Shown here in pieces: positions 38,859-50,153 of a DNA stretch of 63,603 bases. The first letter of the stretch is position 1; each line of letters opens with the position of its first letter. The stretch spans positions 1 through 63,603 of the forward strand of contig JYFJ02002067.1 in the NCBI GenBank assembly GCA_000934665.2. The letters run 5' to 3'. A model generated the notes under the pieces. It saw only the letters and a program-made list of their open reading frames with translations. It was not told where the DNA came from and made no database searches. This DNA is from Catajapyx aquilonaris. Its lineage: Eukaryota. The translations under genes and the position numbers were made by a program.

Positions 38859-40121
38859 CCTGAGTTGGATCGCCTCTTTTTCAACTTCCCGCCTGCTCTC
38901 CTAGCAAGACCAGCAACCTTTTTCTTAGAAGCACTGTAGGTCCAGGGGGAACGTAACCACTTATTACGATTCGCCCAAGGACATTGTGTACGATAAAAGG
39001 GTGCTGTTAACCGCCCCCACGAGGAGAAAGGAGAAAACTACTAAAGAGACGGATGGATGTCATCCTGGCTGGGTAGGCAACCAGGCAGGTTGACATGATC
39101 CAATAGATTTTGTAGTATGGATTTTATTCAGCACACAATTTTTCTTTCCCAAACTATTTCATTGTAAAACAGTGACAGGGACATCACAGACAAAATTTAA
39201 TGAAGATGCCAACTGATGCTTCAATTTGGCGTCTGATTCGAATGTACTGGACATCAATGGGCATCAACGTCGACACGTTTTTATTATTCAAATAAGTTAA
39301 TAATATTCTGTTGAACTACTGACCGTTGAGCCAAGCACTACTTTCCACTCTCATTCCTATGCCATAACATATTGCGATAATTGTACGGTACAGCAATCAA
39401 CCATTTAAAAAATTACTTCACAATCTGGAAATAGGGTGTTGCAATCGGACCTGGTATGGTTATCAACAGTGTGGCCCCTCCCATCATTTGCAAATCATCA
39501 TCATCATCTCGTGCGACTCTAAATTAATCTAAGTGTCATCAGCCTTCCAACAATCACGGCGAGTTGAAGATGGATGGATTTCGCCCCCTAAAAATTGGCA
39601 AAACCCCCATGAAGTAGCCAGCACAGGGCGGGTTATATCCCTGACTCCTGGATGGTCCATTGGCTGAGCCAATGAGACGTAACAAATGTATACAGTAATA
39701 TTAATTATTAGTTATTAATATTATAGGGGAACAAAAATCAGGCCTGAGCCTGACTTCAAACTTGATGGCGTGTCCACGCCCAAGAGGTCACACTACGTAC
39801 TAGAGGAGGCCATGAAAAGGTTCGCTAAAATCACATCCGATGGACGTGCTTGGCTGCAATCCGTTTTTATCATTTCTATTCTTTTTTTTCGTTTGTGCAA
39901 GATTGCAGAACATGCCCCGAAGGAAAGGATCAGTCAAGATATCACTACTTTATGATTGTATTCTGTTACATTGTCTATAACTCTAAAAACTCAGACAAAG
40001 TGTTATTGAATATAGCTTCAGTCAAGTGCAGTGAAAATGGAGTGTTCAAGATCAGGCAGTGTGTCACCGCCACGGGTAGTTCTACCAACTGATGCGTAGC
40101 CTATACGTTTTGGCCTTGTTA

Positions 40122-40316
40122 TAGGACCGGTTGTTTGATCGATGGTAAATCCACACTTGATAGGTGCTGTAAATAGTACTGACCAGTGTTACTCTGATAT
40201 TGTTGACAGTCATTGTTGCCCACTGTAATGTCAGTTCAGTTCCACGGTTGAATACATACGTATCATGAGATTAACAACTTGTTCTGGATTTACCATCGAT
40301 CATGCAACCAGTCCTA
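40122..40316. mobile_element. ~195-bp MITE
   Basis: TIRs TAGGACCGGTTGTTTGATCGATGGTAAATCCA and TGGATTTACCATCGATCATGCAACCAGTCCTA; superfamily uncertain. Confidence 0.7.
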
Positions 40317-40572
40317 ATATTGATCGAATTGAATCTTCGCATGGATTCATGCAAAATGTCGCCAGAAGGAGTGTAAGGAGTTCTAAAACTTGTCCTAGGT
40401 CATGATACTAGGAGGGAGTGTTCCTTTCCCTGGGGCCCAAAAATTTGAGCTCAGTTAATACAGCAGTAAAATAGACTACTGTACCACCCTTGGTATGGAG
40501 GATAAGACTGTGGAAGTCTAAACAACAACGCGACGGGTTGTTGTGTGTGATCCTGCAATGTGTAAATAATAA

Positions 40573-41587
40573 TTAGCCAGTGACCACCTGGCTGATGGTC
40601 CCCTGCTGTTGCTGAGCCCTCTTGTTGTTTGCGTTGTTGGTCTGAGTGGAAGGCGAGTTTGGCTGCTGGAACCGGCTGCTGCTCAGCAGCGGCGAGGAAG
40701 GATTGGAGTTGTAGTCTCTGGCGTTGTCGACCTGGTCCCTGACATGGTTTATGTTCTCCGGGGTCGGGCTTCCGGTCAGATAATCATTGTGGTTGGACTG
40801 CTGCTGAGTTTGTTGCTGCGACAGTCTGCGAGGCGTCGTGTTGGCCGAAGACCTGCTGTCGGTCGAGGCTGCTGCGGCCACGTCGCAAGGACCGTCTGCG
40901 TCTGAGTCGGACAGAGTCTTCTCGCTGGCCAATGGAGGCACATTGTTCTGGTACTCGTTGCGGAAGTTGTTGTTGCCTGATGGCCGGTAGAAGGCCACCA
41001 CAAATGCGATTGGAGAAGAAGCGGATTTGGCCAGACCGCAACCGAACTCCACGCTGCTCTTCCACAGCACTTGGGAGAAGTGGAAGGTCGCTGAAAGTAA
41101 GGACAAATCACGTGATGGCTTTTTAGTCAAAACATCCATTGCCATCTCTGGATGCAACATACCTTTGGACCAGCGCGGTGACCCAAAATCGTAGTTCCTG
41201 ACCTCAGCGTACCAACTGGCCACGATGCTCTCTCCGTTTGGTTTCTCGTCGTTGTTCTTCAGCTTCACCATGCTGATGTTCTCTCCCCAGCCTGCAACCG
41301 TAAATCCGAGTTAGCAATCCGATCAGCATGCCCAACCCATCATCCTCACATTGATTTTCGGAGTACTGGACGAAGCCCTTCTCGGCCAGCTTCTCGGCCC
41401 AAGACTGTGCTCCGTGAGCCAGCTCATCGCTCCAAGACATAGGAGGGACATCGTGGAGTGCCCGGAACTGATTGTGAGCTTGCAAGCACTCGGCCCGGAA
41501 CGACTCGAGGGCCTCGTTGTCTAAAGGTACAATCAGGAACAGTGAAGATATGGACGGACCTGTGTGCTCGCAGTACTCACCAATCAT
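40573..41587 (-). CDS. CAP/SCP-domain protein, GAPR-1/GLIPR2-like, with Q/N/S-rich C-terminal tail
   Basis: Exons 41581-41587, 41350-41520, 41163-41291, 40573-41090 in frame. Motifs CLQAHNQFRALHDVPPMSWSDELAHGAQSWAEKL, GENI, SWYAEV, HFSQVLWKSSVEFGCG, FVVAFYRPSGN. No signal peptide. Confidence 0.88.
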
Positions 41588-43779
41588 GGCTGCTGGAGCA
41601 GAGTTCTATGCGATGATGATGATGATGGTCCAACTCCGGCCGAGGCTAGACCTGCAAATGTGCCAGGATTAGCATGAACGCCGACTTCCTTCTCAACCGA
41701 CCGCAACAGGAAGGATATGACCCATGTAAACCTCGTTTATCGGCAGCCGTGTTTACGTCTGCGAGATACTCAAGCCACCGTTTCTGTGTCAGCAAATTCT
41801 GCAAAGTTCCCTCTGAATGGGCGGCAGCCTCTAAAGTCCCGCTGGGTCGCCAATTATTTGGGAGGGCTCATCAACACTCGGCTTCTATATACTGTACCGG
41901 CATACACCGGCACCTGTCCGGAAGCAATTTGCGGTCCTAACCTATAACGACGTCCCGTTTGCCTTCTCTAATTACACGCTAATTACGCTGAATTCAAGAC
42001 CCTCACATATATAGGAAGGACTCTTAATTATCCGGCGATTCAACGGCTCTTGATGTTTTACTTAGGGGTAGACTGCGGGTGTCAGGAATTGCCCGTTAAC
42101 TATAATTAATTGCAATTTCATACAACCGGTCATTGACCGCAATTAATGTTTGAATATTAACCTGCTCGTATTTTAAAGATTAACTGGCTGCCTTTGCACC
42201 GCTTTGCACCATAGTATAACTGCATTTCCGCTCGGGCTCATTTGAATTCACAGACTGAATACATTTAAAGGCTGCCATTTTAAAAAAGACCTTTAATAGC
42301 AAGCGACGACTATTGTAATGCTAAAATCTGGCCCCGTTACTTGATGTTTAAGTGCCGTGAAGGAAGCCTGATTTTCTCAGGACGATTGCGCTTTAGGAAG
42401 CGATAAGTCGCGGCGTGGCCTCGCCATTTACACGCGAAAATGCACTGCATGATTTGCATGCAGCCTCGACCACTCTTAAAGCCGATGGAATTAGGCCTGG
42501 AGATATTTAATAATACCGGATATTTAGTTATATCCGGTGTTAGTCAGGACACAACCAAGCCCCCCTCATCATATGCGGTAACTTAATAGAAAGGCAACCC
42601 CTGGGCTTAGGACCAAATTCGGCAGAAATGGACCCCCCCATCCCCCAGCATCCCTCCCACTTACCCAAGGGCTGATCCGGAGTTCGTGAGATGAAAGAGG
42701 ATGCCGGCGATTCAATATTAGCAATTTGATGGCCGGCCCCCGGAACAATTTTCCTTTCCGATGGCGGCGGCCCCCCTGGTCCTCGGAACAGTGTGTTGTG
42801 GCCTCTGACCTGAGATGGAAAGGGGGGTTGCTCCAGATGATAAGGCCGGCGGAATGCGCAGGGATGCAGTTTGTATAGGCGCTGTTGGCCCCTCTACCCG
42901 CGCTCAATTCGGGGGTCTCTCTTGTGGACCGATGTGGCAACACCAGCTCTGGAAGGACTATCGATTCAGAGTCTAATGCAGGACGGTCCCCCCTACCCCA
43001 CCCCATAGTCCCCCCCTGCTTTCCAGAACAAGCCCCCCCAATGTGTGATGAGGGAGTGTCCCTGGTCCGTCAACCTCAAATCGCCCCACCCACAATAGAT
43101 TCAGTTGTTTATTACCCACATCCTCAGTAACCATTAGGGGGTATGCCGTGTCTGGAAACACCTATCATGCATGTAGTAGGCGGAGTAATTGGGGGCAGGT
43201 CGTTACTCATGGGTCGAGTGGCATTCATATGTTTTTATTGGTTTTAAATGCCCTTACAATTATGAGGGAGAGTTAACAGCATGCGTAATTCATTTTTCAT
43301 AGACGAGCTTTCAGGGCCGGGCACTGTTCAAAAATGGGGAGCTCCGCATTAAAAATTGGTGTCAGGGGGTAGAGTGGCCCCTGGGGTATATTATGCGATA
43401 GATGTTTTATTGGTGGGTGGCAGGTGAGGGATGACATGCATCAGCTTGGTACCAGTAATGAAAGTTTGAGCAATGTGTCGCTTCCTTTTTTTCACAACAA
43501 GAATAGTCCTTTTTCCCTGCACCAAACACCCTAAATGCCATTGCTGTTAATAGAAGGTTGGTCAGTCAATCACACACTTTGAACATGCCCGTCACTGAAG
43601 CCCAAAGTACAAAAGTCTTAGTTATCTTACAACAACCAAAAAAGTCACTCTTTCAAGTAACTGCACTTTTAATGTCGAGATAAATTTATTTCTATTACCA
43701 ATTTGTGATCTGAAATTGCTTCTGACAAGTAGCTACAAAAATTGTACTGTTGAAAAAGCATTATAATTGCCTACTGCCA

Positions 43780-44841
43780 TCACATGGAGCTTATGGCATT
43801 AAGTGCTTGAGATATGGCAGTGACTTTCTGGAGTATTTCCTCTCTTTGGTCCTCAATAAGTCTTGACCCACACTGCTGCACAAACTTGTCTGGATGCCAC
43901 TTGAGTTGCTGCTCCCTGAGGCACTTCTTTCTTGCTACTGGATCACCCTGCGGCATCCCCATCAGGATCGCATTGACCATGTCTTCGTTGCTGTTGGCAG
44001 ACAAGAATGGCAGATCCTTGATGCCAACCTTGCTGCTTGAACCCTTGGCAAAAAGAAGGTGGCACTTGTGCCTGTAGTCAGCAGACCACCGCCCCAACCG
44101 ATTTTGGTGGCGAAGCTTCTCCCGCGCTTCCTGTTCCCGCCGAGACCGCTCTTCGAATGCAGCTTGCTCTTTAGCACTCCATTTAGGGCCAGTACCATTG
44201 GTTTTAGCACTGGAACTGCTGGGCTTGGTATTGCTGGTGCTCTGAGAGCGTCTCTTCGCCTGATGCTCCTGGAACAAGCGGTTGGCCCACTCGTCATAAG
44301 TCTCATGACGGTGCTCATCATAATCAGCTCCGAAAGCCCCCCACTCTGCATTGTACTCGTCCTCAAGCTCATTTGCCAGCCTGTCTGCCCACTCTTCGTC
44401 AGAGTCGTCATCTTCGGGTACTTGAGCTGCTATGTATTTTTCTAATTTGTAGAGCAACTGTGCTGTAGTTTTCCCTTTGCGATTAGGAAGGTGCGTGGAA
44501 CCCTCCATCATTCGTAGCATTGGCTCCAGCACATCTTTGTAGGTATTTGTGAGATATTGCGACCCACGGTAGCTGCGACGTAATGCTGACCTGAGGGCGT
44601 AGTATGTGGCAGTGTTGCCCTTTCGGTCCATCACATTGGGTTTGGCCCCCATGGCGATAAGGATTTTCACCAAATTCCAGTTGCCACTTCGGCAGGCAGT
44701 ATGGAGAGCCCGGTGCCCCTTGTGGTTGAGCTTGAGAGTGTTTAAGTCCACTTCGTAAGCGCCCAGGAATTCTTTCAGCAGGCCTTCATCATTCAAGCTA
44801 AGAAGTGCTGTCAGTTGCTTGATCATCCAATGCTTCCTCAT
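43780..44841 (-). CDS. NFKBIL1: NF-kappa-B inhibitor-like protein 1 (IKBL) homolog
   Basis: Single long ORF with ankyrin repeats (GHRALHTACRSGNWNLVKILIAMGAKPNVMDRKGNT), acidic EEWADRLANELEDE/ETYDEWANRL segment and C-terminal LREQQLKWHPDKFVQQCGSRL. First ATG at 44841; an upstream exon via the acceptor near 44855 is possible. Confidence 0.82.
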   Translation of the reverse strand: MRKHWMIKQLTALLSLNDEGLLKEFLGAYEVDLNTLKLNHKGHRALHTACRSGNWNLVKILIAMGAKPNVMDRKGNTATYYALRSALRRSYRGSQYLTNTYKDVLEPMLRMMEGSTHLPNRKGKTTAQLLYKLEKYIAAQVPEDDDSDEEWADRLANELEDEYNAEWGAFGADYDEHRHETYDEWANRLFQEHQAKRRSQSTSNTKPSSSSAKTNGTGPKWSAKEQAAFEERSRREQEAREKLRHQNRLGRWSADYRHKCHLLFAKGSSSKVGIKDLPFLSANSNEDMVNAILMGMPQGDPVARKKCLREQQLKWHPDKFVQQCGSRLIEDQREEILQKVTAISQALNAISSM

Positions 44842-45443
44842 CCTGGAGTCGGACCTGCACAAAATTCAGAAGATTATTAGACAGATGTATATGGAGGTCG
44901 CATTGGCTACATACTCCAGAGCAGCACAAAATTTTGCGTGCCAGAACCCTTTGAAGGTGGAAGTGTGTCTAGTCTAAGTTAGTGAGGGGTCGGATACTCC
45001 TGCAAAATGCACCAAATTCACCCTAGATTCACCTGATTGTCCCACCCACCCCTTGTGAACTGCCCTGTTCTCTTCCATATAAAGATGGCAAGCTTTTGCA
45101 CTAAAACCAGTGCTTTTTTATGTAATAAAACTGAAAGTATACGTGACTTGAATGCATAGCATGCTGTGGTTGCACAACGTGCAAACTAGGGCTAGAAATA
45201 GTAACAGTGCGGCATCAATGCCACATAAGAATTCCTCCTAGGTCACACCTGTAGAACATCCAGATTCTCTTATTTACTCGTGATAACCCTGCCACCTGCA
45301 CGCAAGCCGACAGTGCACAAATTTCAGCTGGAATTAACCTGAAGCCTTTCGTTGGCAGGTAGCCCCCGTCTGTAACCTAAAGGCCGTTCTACCACAGAGT
45401 GCAAGCAGGCAGGCAGGCAGGCAGACTACGACTGGTCAGAGCA

Positions 45444-45637
45444 ATGGCGACAGCCCAGTGGCCGCTTGACAGTGTGTGTGACACTTGCGTTACTAACCAG
45501 TCTGCGGCCTGCTCTCTGGAGGAGGAGGCTGAGCCGTGCGCACCCAGCTTCGCAGGCAGTCGGTTAGCAGCGGCCCACAGCCACAAGAGGGAGAACCGTG
45601 GTGGGGGCGGAGGAGGTGGCAGTGTGGGTGGGCGGCG
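45444..45637 (+). other. Orphan candidate first coding exon in a GC-rich promoter region
   Basis: GCAATGGCG start context; open frame MATAQWPLDSVCDTCVTNQSAACSLEEEAEPCAPSFAGSRLAAAHSHKRENRGGGGGGGSVGGR ends at a phase-2 donor CG|GTAGGT. No partner exon identified. Confidence 0.35.
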
Positions 45638-46408
45638 GTAGGTAGCCAGGGCAGTCGTGTATTGTCACGAGTGACTCTGCACTCGTCTTCTCTTTATCAC
45701 TTACATTATATTAAATATCGACCAAACTTGGCAGGCTGGCTGGTTGGTTGGTCCTCCTGCTTCTGTTGCTGGCTTGCCAAATGGGTCCAACGGGGCTGGC
45801 TGCAGCTGGTCGAAACCTTCAGGGTCGGCGGGCAGGGCGCAAGGGCTCTCTGGATCACGCACAAAAAAATAAGGATGGCAGGAAGGGCGGGGGGGAAATG
45901 CGGATTGCAGCAGGGACCAGGGAGGGAGGGTTTTTTTGGTGGTGGGACACTGCAGCTGATCTGCCCGCCCCTGTCCACACCACGAATAAAAAAAACGTCG
46001 AGGGGACGAGAGCTGACGAGAGAGGGAATGGGGAAAAAAAAGAATGTGCGAATCGTAGTGAGGGCGATTGCAGGGGGATGGCGCCACGTACCATGCACGG
46101 TGCTGCCGTCTAGCCAGAGGACTCACAGGTGATTTTTATTGCGGGGATTTTGAACATGTGGGCCGGAATCTGCACGTTCAATTTTGTTTCTGCTCTCTGA
46201 GATATAATCAACACTATGGATTCGTTGCTTGGGGATTTCAAACTGTTCCATTTGTTGTGCGTTCCCTCCTCGCAGCATCCGGAGAACGTCGGCCATCTTT
46301 GCCTGTAATTATTGAAGTCGATTACAGTCGAGCATTTATATCACTGATGTCAGCGTGACAATAATCACTTAATCATCTACTCCGACAACCCGTTCTGTAC
46401 CTGAAATC

Positions 46409-49400
46409 ATGGATGAACATGGTGAGAACTGTGCCTCACATAACTGTGTGCCGTGCTAACAGTATATTTGGAAATTCCAGGTGACCCCGAATATCAAGGA
46501 CCAATAAAAAACAGGGGATGCACAGACATCATTTGTATGCTCCTATTTGTCGCGTGCATTTTAGGCTGGGTTGTAGTGGCTGGCTTTGGTATGAACCACG
46601 CATTTTCCTTGTATTGTAAGCAAAGAGAGTTCTAACCGGTTAGAACTTTATCTCCTGACACTATTTTCCAGCATTTGTAAATGGCGATACAAAGCGGTTT
46701 GCCTATCCAATTGAATCCACTGGCCGAAGATGTGGGTACGACGATGGGGTGAAAGATAAGAAATATCTGTTCTTCTTCGACCCTCTCAAATGCATACATT
46801 CCACACGGAACTCAGGGTGTCCAACAACTCAGGTGAGACATTGTCAATCTTCATACTCTGAATAATGTGACTTATATTGTGAACACTGATTCACGTTTCA
46901 ATTTGGGGTAGATTTGCGTCAAAAAATGTCCAACAGAAGATATAGCTTTATTGCCGCCCGAGTATTCGGAAAATGATACCTCCTGGCACGACTACTGCAA
47001 AGAAAAGACCGATTTCAATATAAATGTTACGGAGCTAGTGACGAGAGGAGATTGTCCTGAATTCATTATCCCAAGCAAGACGTGTGAGTTGTAACATTTA
47101 AAAAGTGTTATTAATTATTATCTAGATATACTTATGAAATGTTGTTAAATCTTTAGTGTTGTTTCGCTGTGTCCCTACTGATGTAGCGATACCCGATAGG
47201 GTTAGAGTGCATATTAATAAAATGACATACAATGGCACACTCGCTAGGAGTGCAGAAGGGCGGATCATGACCCCTGAGGAGATTGTCAGACAAGCAGCTA
47301 GCGTGATAAAAATTATAAGCGAATTGCAGGAGGTACGTATATAACTGTATCACCTATCGACTGTACAGTCATGTATAACGATCCTTTCATTATTACTTTT
47401 TGCAATAGGCAGTGAAGGATTTTGTTGAAGACTTGGAACATTCGTGGCGTTTTATTCTGGCTGGATTGGTTGTCGGCATGGTGTTGTGTCTGATCTGGAT
47501 CGTGCTGATGCAGTTCCTGGTTGGGATCATAACATGGTGTGCCCTGTTAGGTGCTGTTGTAATTCTGTCCTTGGGTGAGTGTGAAGTGAACTCGATTCTT
47601 TGAGGGTTGATGGCAAAGGCAAAGCATATAAGTATACATTCAACTTGATTGGAATTTTACAGGAATATGGTATAGCTCAAACGAGTACTCTGCAGCGAAG
47701 GAGGCTGCAAAACAAAAATCAGAATACATAAAAATTCAGCTTGATGAGTCTTTGGAAAGTCTTTTTCCTACGGCAGAAACCGTCTGGCTAATAATCCTGA
47801 TTATCCTGTCAATCACGTTGGCCGTCCTGGTTCTCTTCATCATAGTCCTGTGGAAAAGGATTGTCATCGCCATAGCTTTGATTAAGGAAACCAGCAAGTG
47901 AGCGTGTGGAGCTTGAAACACATGCACAATTTTTTTTACTTGTTATTGATATTGGCTGAATTAGTCATATGAATTAATAATTAATGCTTTAAATCATGTT
48001 TGTGATGCGGTATATTGGGGGAGAATTTTGCTTCCTATTCTTCTTGAATTTTTATTCACTTTATGCTTCCACGCAATAATTATTTTCTGACAATCTTCAG
48101 GGCTGTTGGCAACTCTCCTTTCTCCATGGTCTTCCCCGTGTACCCATGGGTCGTGCAGGTGGCTTTGATCGGGTTCACTACAGCCGTGTCTGTCTTTCTG
48201 TCTACCGCAGGAGAGGCTCGCTTCGAAACTTCCTGGGAACCGAGCTGCAGTGCATGCCACGACTATAAGGTGAGGTCACTGACATATTTCGGATGTCATA
48301 TGAAGTGGAGCAGGATAAGGTGATGGAAGTACTCATTGCTGTTATCCATTGGCAGTTGAATGACTCCTGCACTCCAGTTGAATTTAATCGGATGTGCGAG
48401 GCTGAGAAAGAGGATCCCTCCTGCAAATACGAATGCCGATTTAGTGCAGTCGAGGTGCCACCGAGGTACAATGTAATGCAGTACTACAATGGGTTCATGG
48501 GTCTCTGGGCAATGTTATTCACCTCCAACTTTGAGGAGATGGTGTTGTCTGGGACTTTTGCCACTTGGTATTGGACATTTCACAAGAAGGATCTTCCCAT
48601 CTTTCCTTTGTTTGACAGCTTATACAGGACCGGCAGGTCAGATATATATGTGCGCCCTTATACATTATAATAATGGTTGTACAGACGCGTTTTGGAATGT
48701 ATACTAACAAGATAAATGTGTTCTTTCCAGATATCATATTGGTACCCTGGCTTTTGGCTCCCTGATCTTGGCTGCAGTTCGGTCGTTCCGCATAATACTG
48801 GAATACTTGGGCAAAAAGCTGAAGAGTGTTGACAATTCAACAGTTACCCAAGCCCTCATGCGCTGCCTGAAGTGTTATACCTCGTTTCTGCAGGTGATAC
48901 TGCAGTACATGAACACCAACGCCATTATCATGTGCGCCGTACATGGGAAAAATTTCTGCACATCGTCCAAGGATGCTTTTTCGCTGCTTCTGAGAAATGC
49001 TTTACGAGGCTTTGCGCTACGGAGTGTAAATATCTTCATTTTCAACATTATACCAAGAGCTGATTAGTGAAAAATATTTATTGAATTTCCCTGTGACGCA
49101 GGTGACCAGTCTTGTGCTGGCAGTCTCCAAAATGGTGGTAGTGGTGTTCATGGTTCTCCTTTCCTTGCTCGTGTTTCAAGGGAAGTTAAATGATTACTTA
49201 ACTGATGCTCTTGCACTGCACTACTACTACATTCCAACAGCAGTAGTTGCCATTGGTACCTATTTCATCTCAAGTATATTCTTCGGAGTGTATGCCACAG
49301 GAATCGACACCCTTTTCGTGTGCTTTTGTGAGTTATACCGTATGCATAGGGTATTGGTAATGACAAATACACTGAATCGATGACTTATCTTTTCAGTGGA

Positions 49401-49488
49401 AGACCTAGAGAGAAATGACGGGTCAGAGCAAAAGCCTTACTTCATGTCCAAGGATCTTCTGGCAGTAATGGACAAGAAAAATAAGTAA
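46409..49488 (+). CDS. Choline transporter-like protein (SLC44/CTL), tandem copy A, 12 coding exons
   Basis: MDEHG|DPEYQGPIKNRGCTDIICMLLF...YHIGTLAFGSLI...MCAVHGKNFCTSSKDAF...IDTLFVCF|EDLERNDGSEQKPYFMSK; short GT-AG introns; TAA at 49486-49488. Confidence 0.9.
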
Positions 49489-50153
49489 CAAAACTCATCA
49501 AGCAGAACCAAGGAATTATACAGTTAACAGTTAAGGTTTACACTTATAAGGTATCGCGTCGTCACTTTGCAAGATTTGTGACTGGCACATTTTATTACGT
49601 AATATGACGATTTTAACCAACGCACCAAATCAAATGAATTATTTTATTTCAGATTACGTGTTATCGTCAGAGGAAAATAATGTTAAAAACGCCACTCGGA
49701 AATACTTCCAATATCTCGTGAAGTATACTGAGCATAGAGGACAGCTGTATTTGTTTTCCTTTAAGATCTCTACAGGCTTCTTTCGTGATTTATGGCATTC
49801 AAATCTGAACAATCAGTACACACAGATCCGCATTGTGGCTTATTTATTTCAGTGTAACATTTCAAGCAAATACGCGTATGCTGCACTTATGAGGCGCAGG
49901 TACAGACAATGTGTGATTATACGTTGCCAGGAAAGACAACAATCCGCCGCATTTCCTACCAACAGCTGCCAGAACAAACACTCCAACAGTTAGATTATTT
50001 TCGGTGAGGACCACTGTCAGCAGAAGAGTTCACTCGCCTGTAAATTGCCTGATGGGAAGTAGGCATTTTACATCATATATAACTATCTGAAAATGCCCGA
50101 CTTGAAGCCACTTTAGGCACTCTGACAACATATAATGGCACGGAGCTGAAGCC

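Noticed and set aside
45536..46132. 198-aa and overlapping ORFs downstream of the orphan exon
   Set aside because: Low-complexity GC-rich sequence without domain signatures.
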